DNA of 60,824 nucleotides from Patescibacteria group bacterium (GTDB lineage Bacteria; Patescibacteriota; Patescibacteriia; UBA10025; JAHIVO01): NCBI GenBank assembly GCA_034678405.1, contig JAXDBW010000066.1, positions 1 to 60,824 of the forward strand, read 5' to 3'. Shown piece by piece: positions 60,806 to 60,824 of this stretch (position 1 is its first letter; each line of letters starts with the position of its first letter). The notes under the pieces were generated by a model. It saw only the letters and a program-made list of their open reading frames with translations, ran no database searches and was not told where the DNA came from. The position numbers and the translations under genes were made by a program.

Positions 60806-60824
60806 ACCGAGATATGGTGTGTTA

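Overview
Chromosomal segment of a Patescibacteria (CPR, probably Parcubacteria/ABY1-like) bacterium; the taxonomy is inferred from gene content, Shine-Dalgarno-poor starts and tRNA-Arg(GCG). About 33 kb on the minus strand (1-32649) is a type IV pilus locus: three paralogous secreted beta-propeller/fibre proteins, a ~3970 aa mosaic adhesin, pilM, pilN-like, pilO-like, an FN3 protein, pilB, a lone receiver domain, pilC, a major pilin with its own promoter and structured leader, a GT2 glycosyltransferase and an O-antigen-ligase-like gene. Next come lemA-htpX, clpC, comF, two tRNA-Ser genes (each followed by a conserved element and a duplicate of its own 3' end), tRNA-Arg(GCG) and recG. A minus-strand T4SS-like operon (Pro-rich protein, PrgI, split VirB4, VirB8-like, two VirB2-like pilin fusions, one with a lytic transglycosylase) ends in radA. 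Divergent from it are two proteins sharing a pre-toxin-TG-like domain, then a DUF4239-like gene and an unknown/ATP-grasp/M19 dipeptidase cluster. No integrase, transposase, CRISPR array or rRNA was seen. All family calls come from motif recognition by eye, not database searches.
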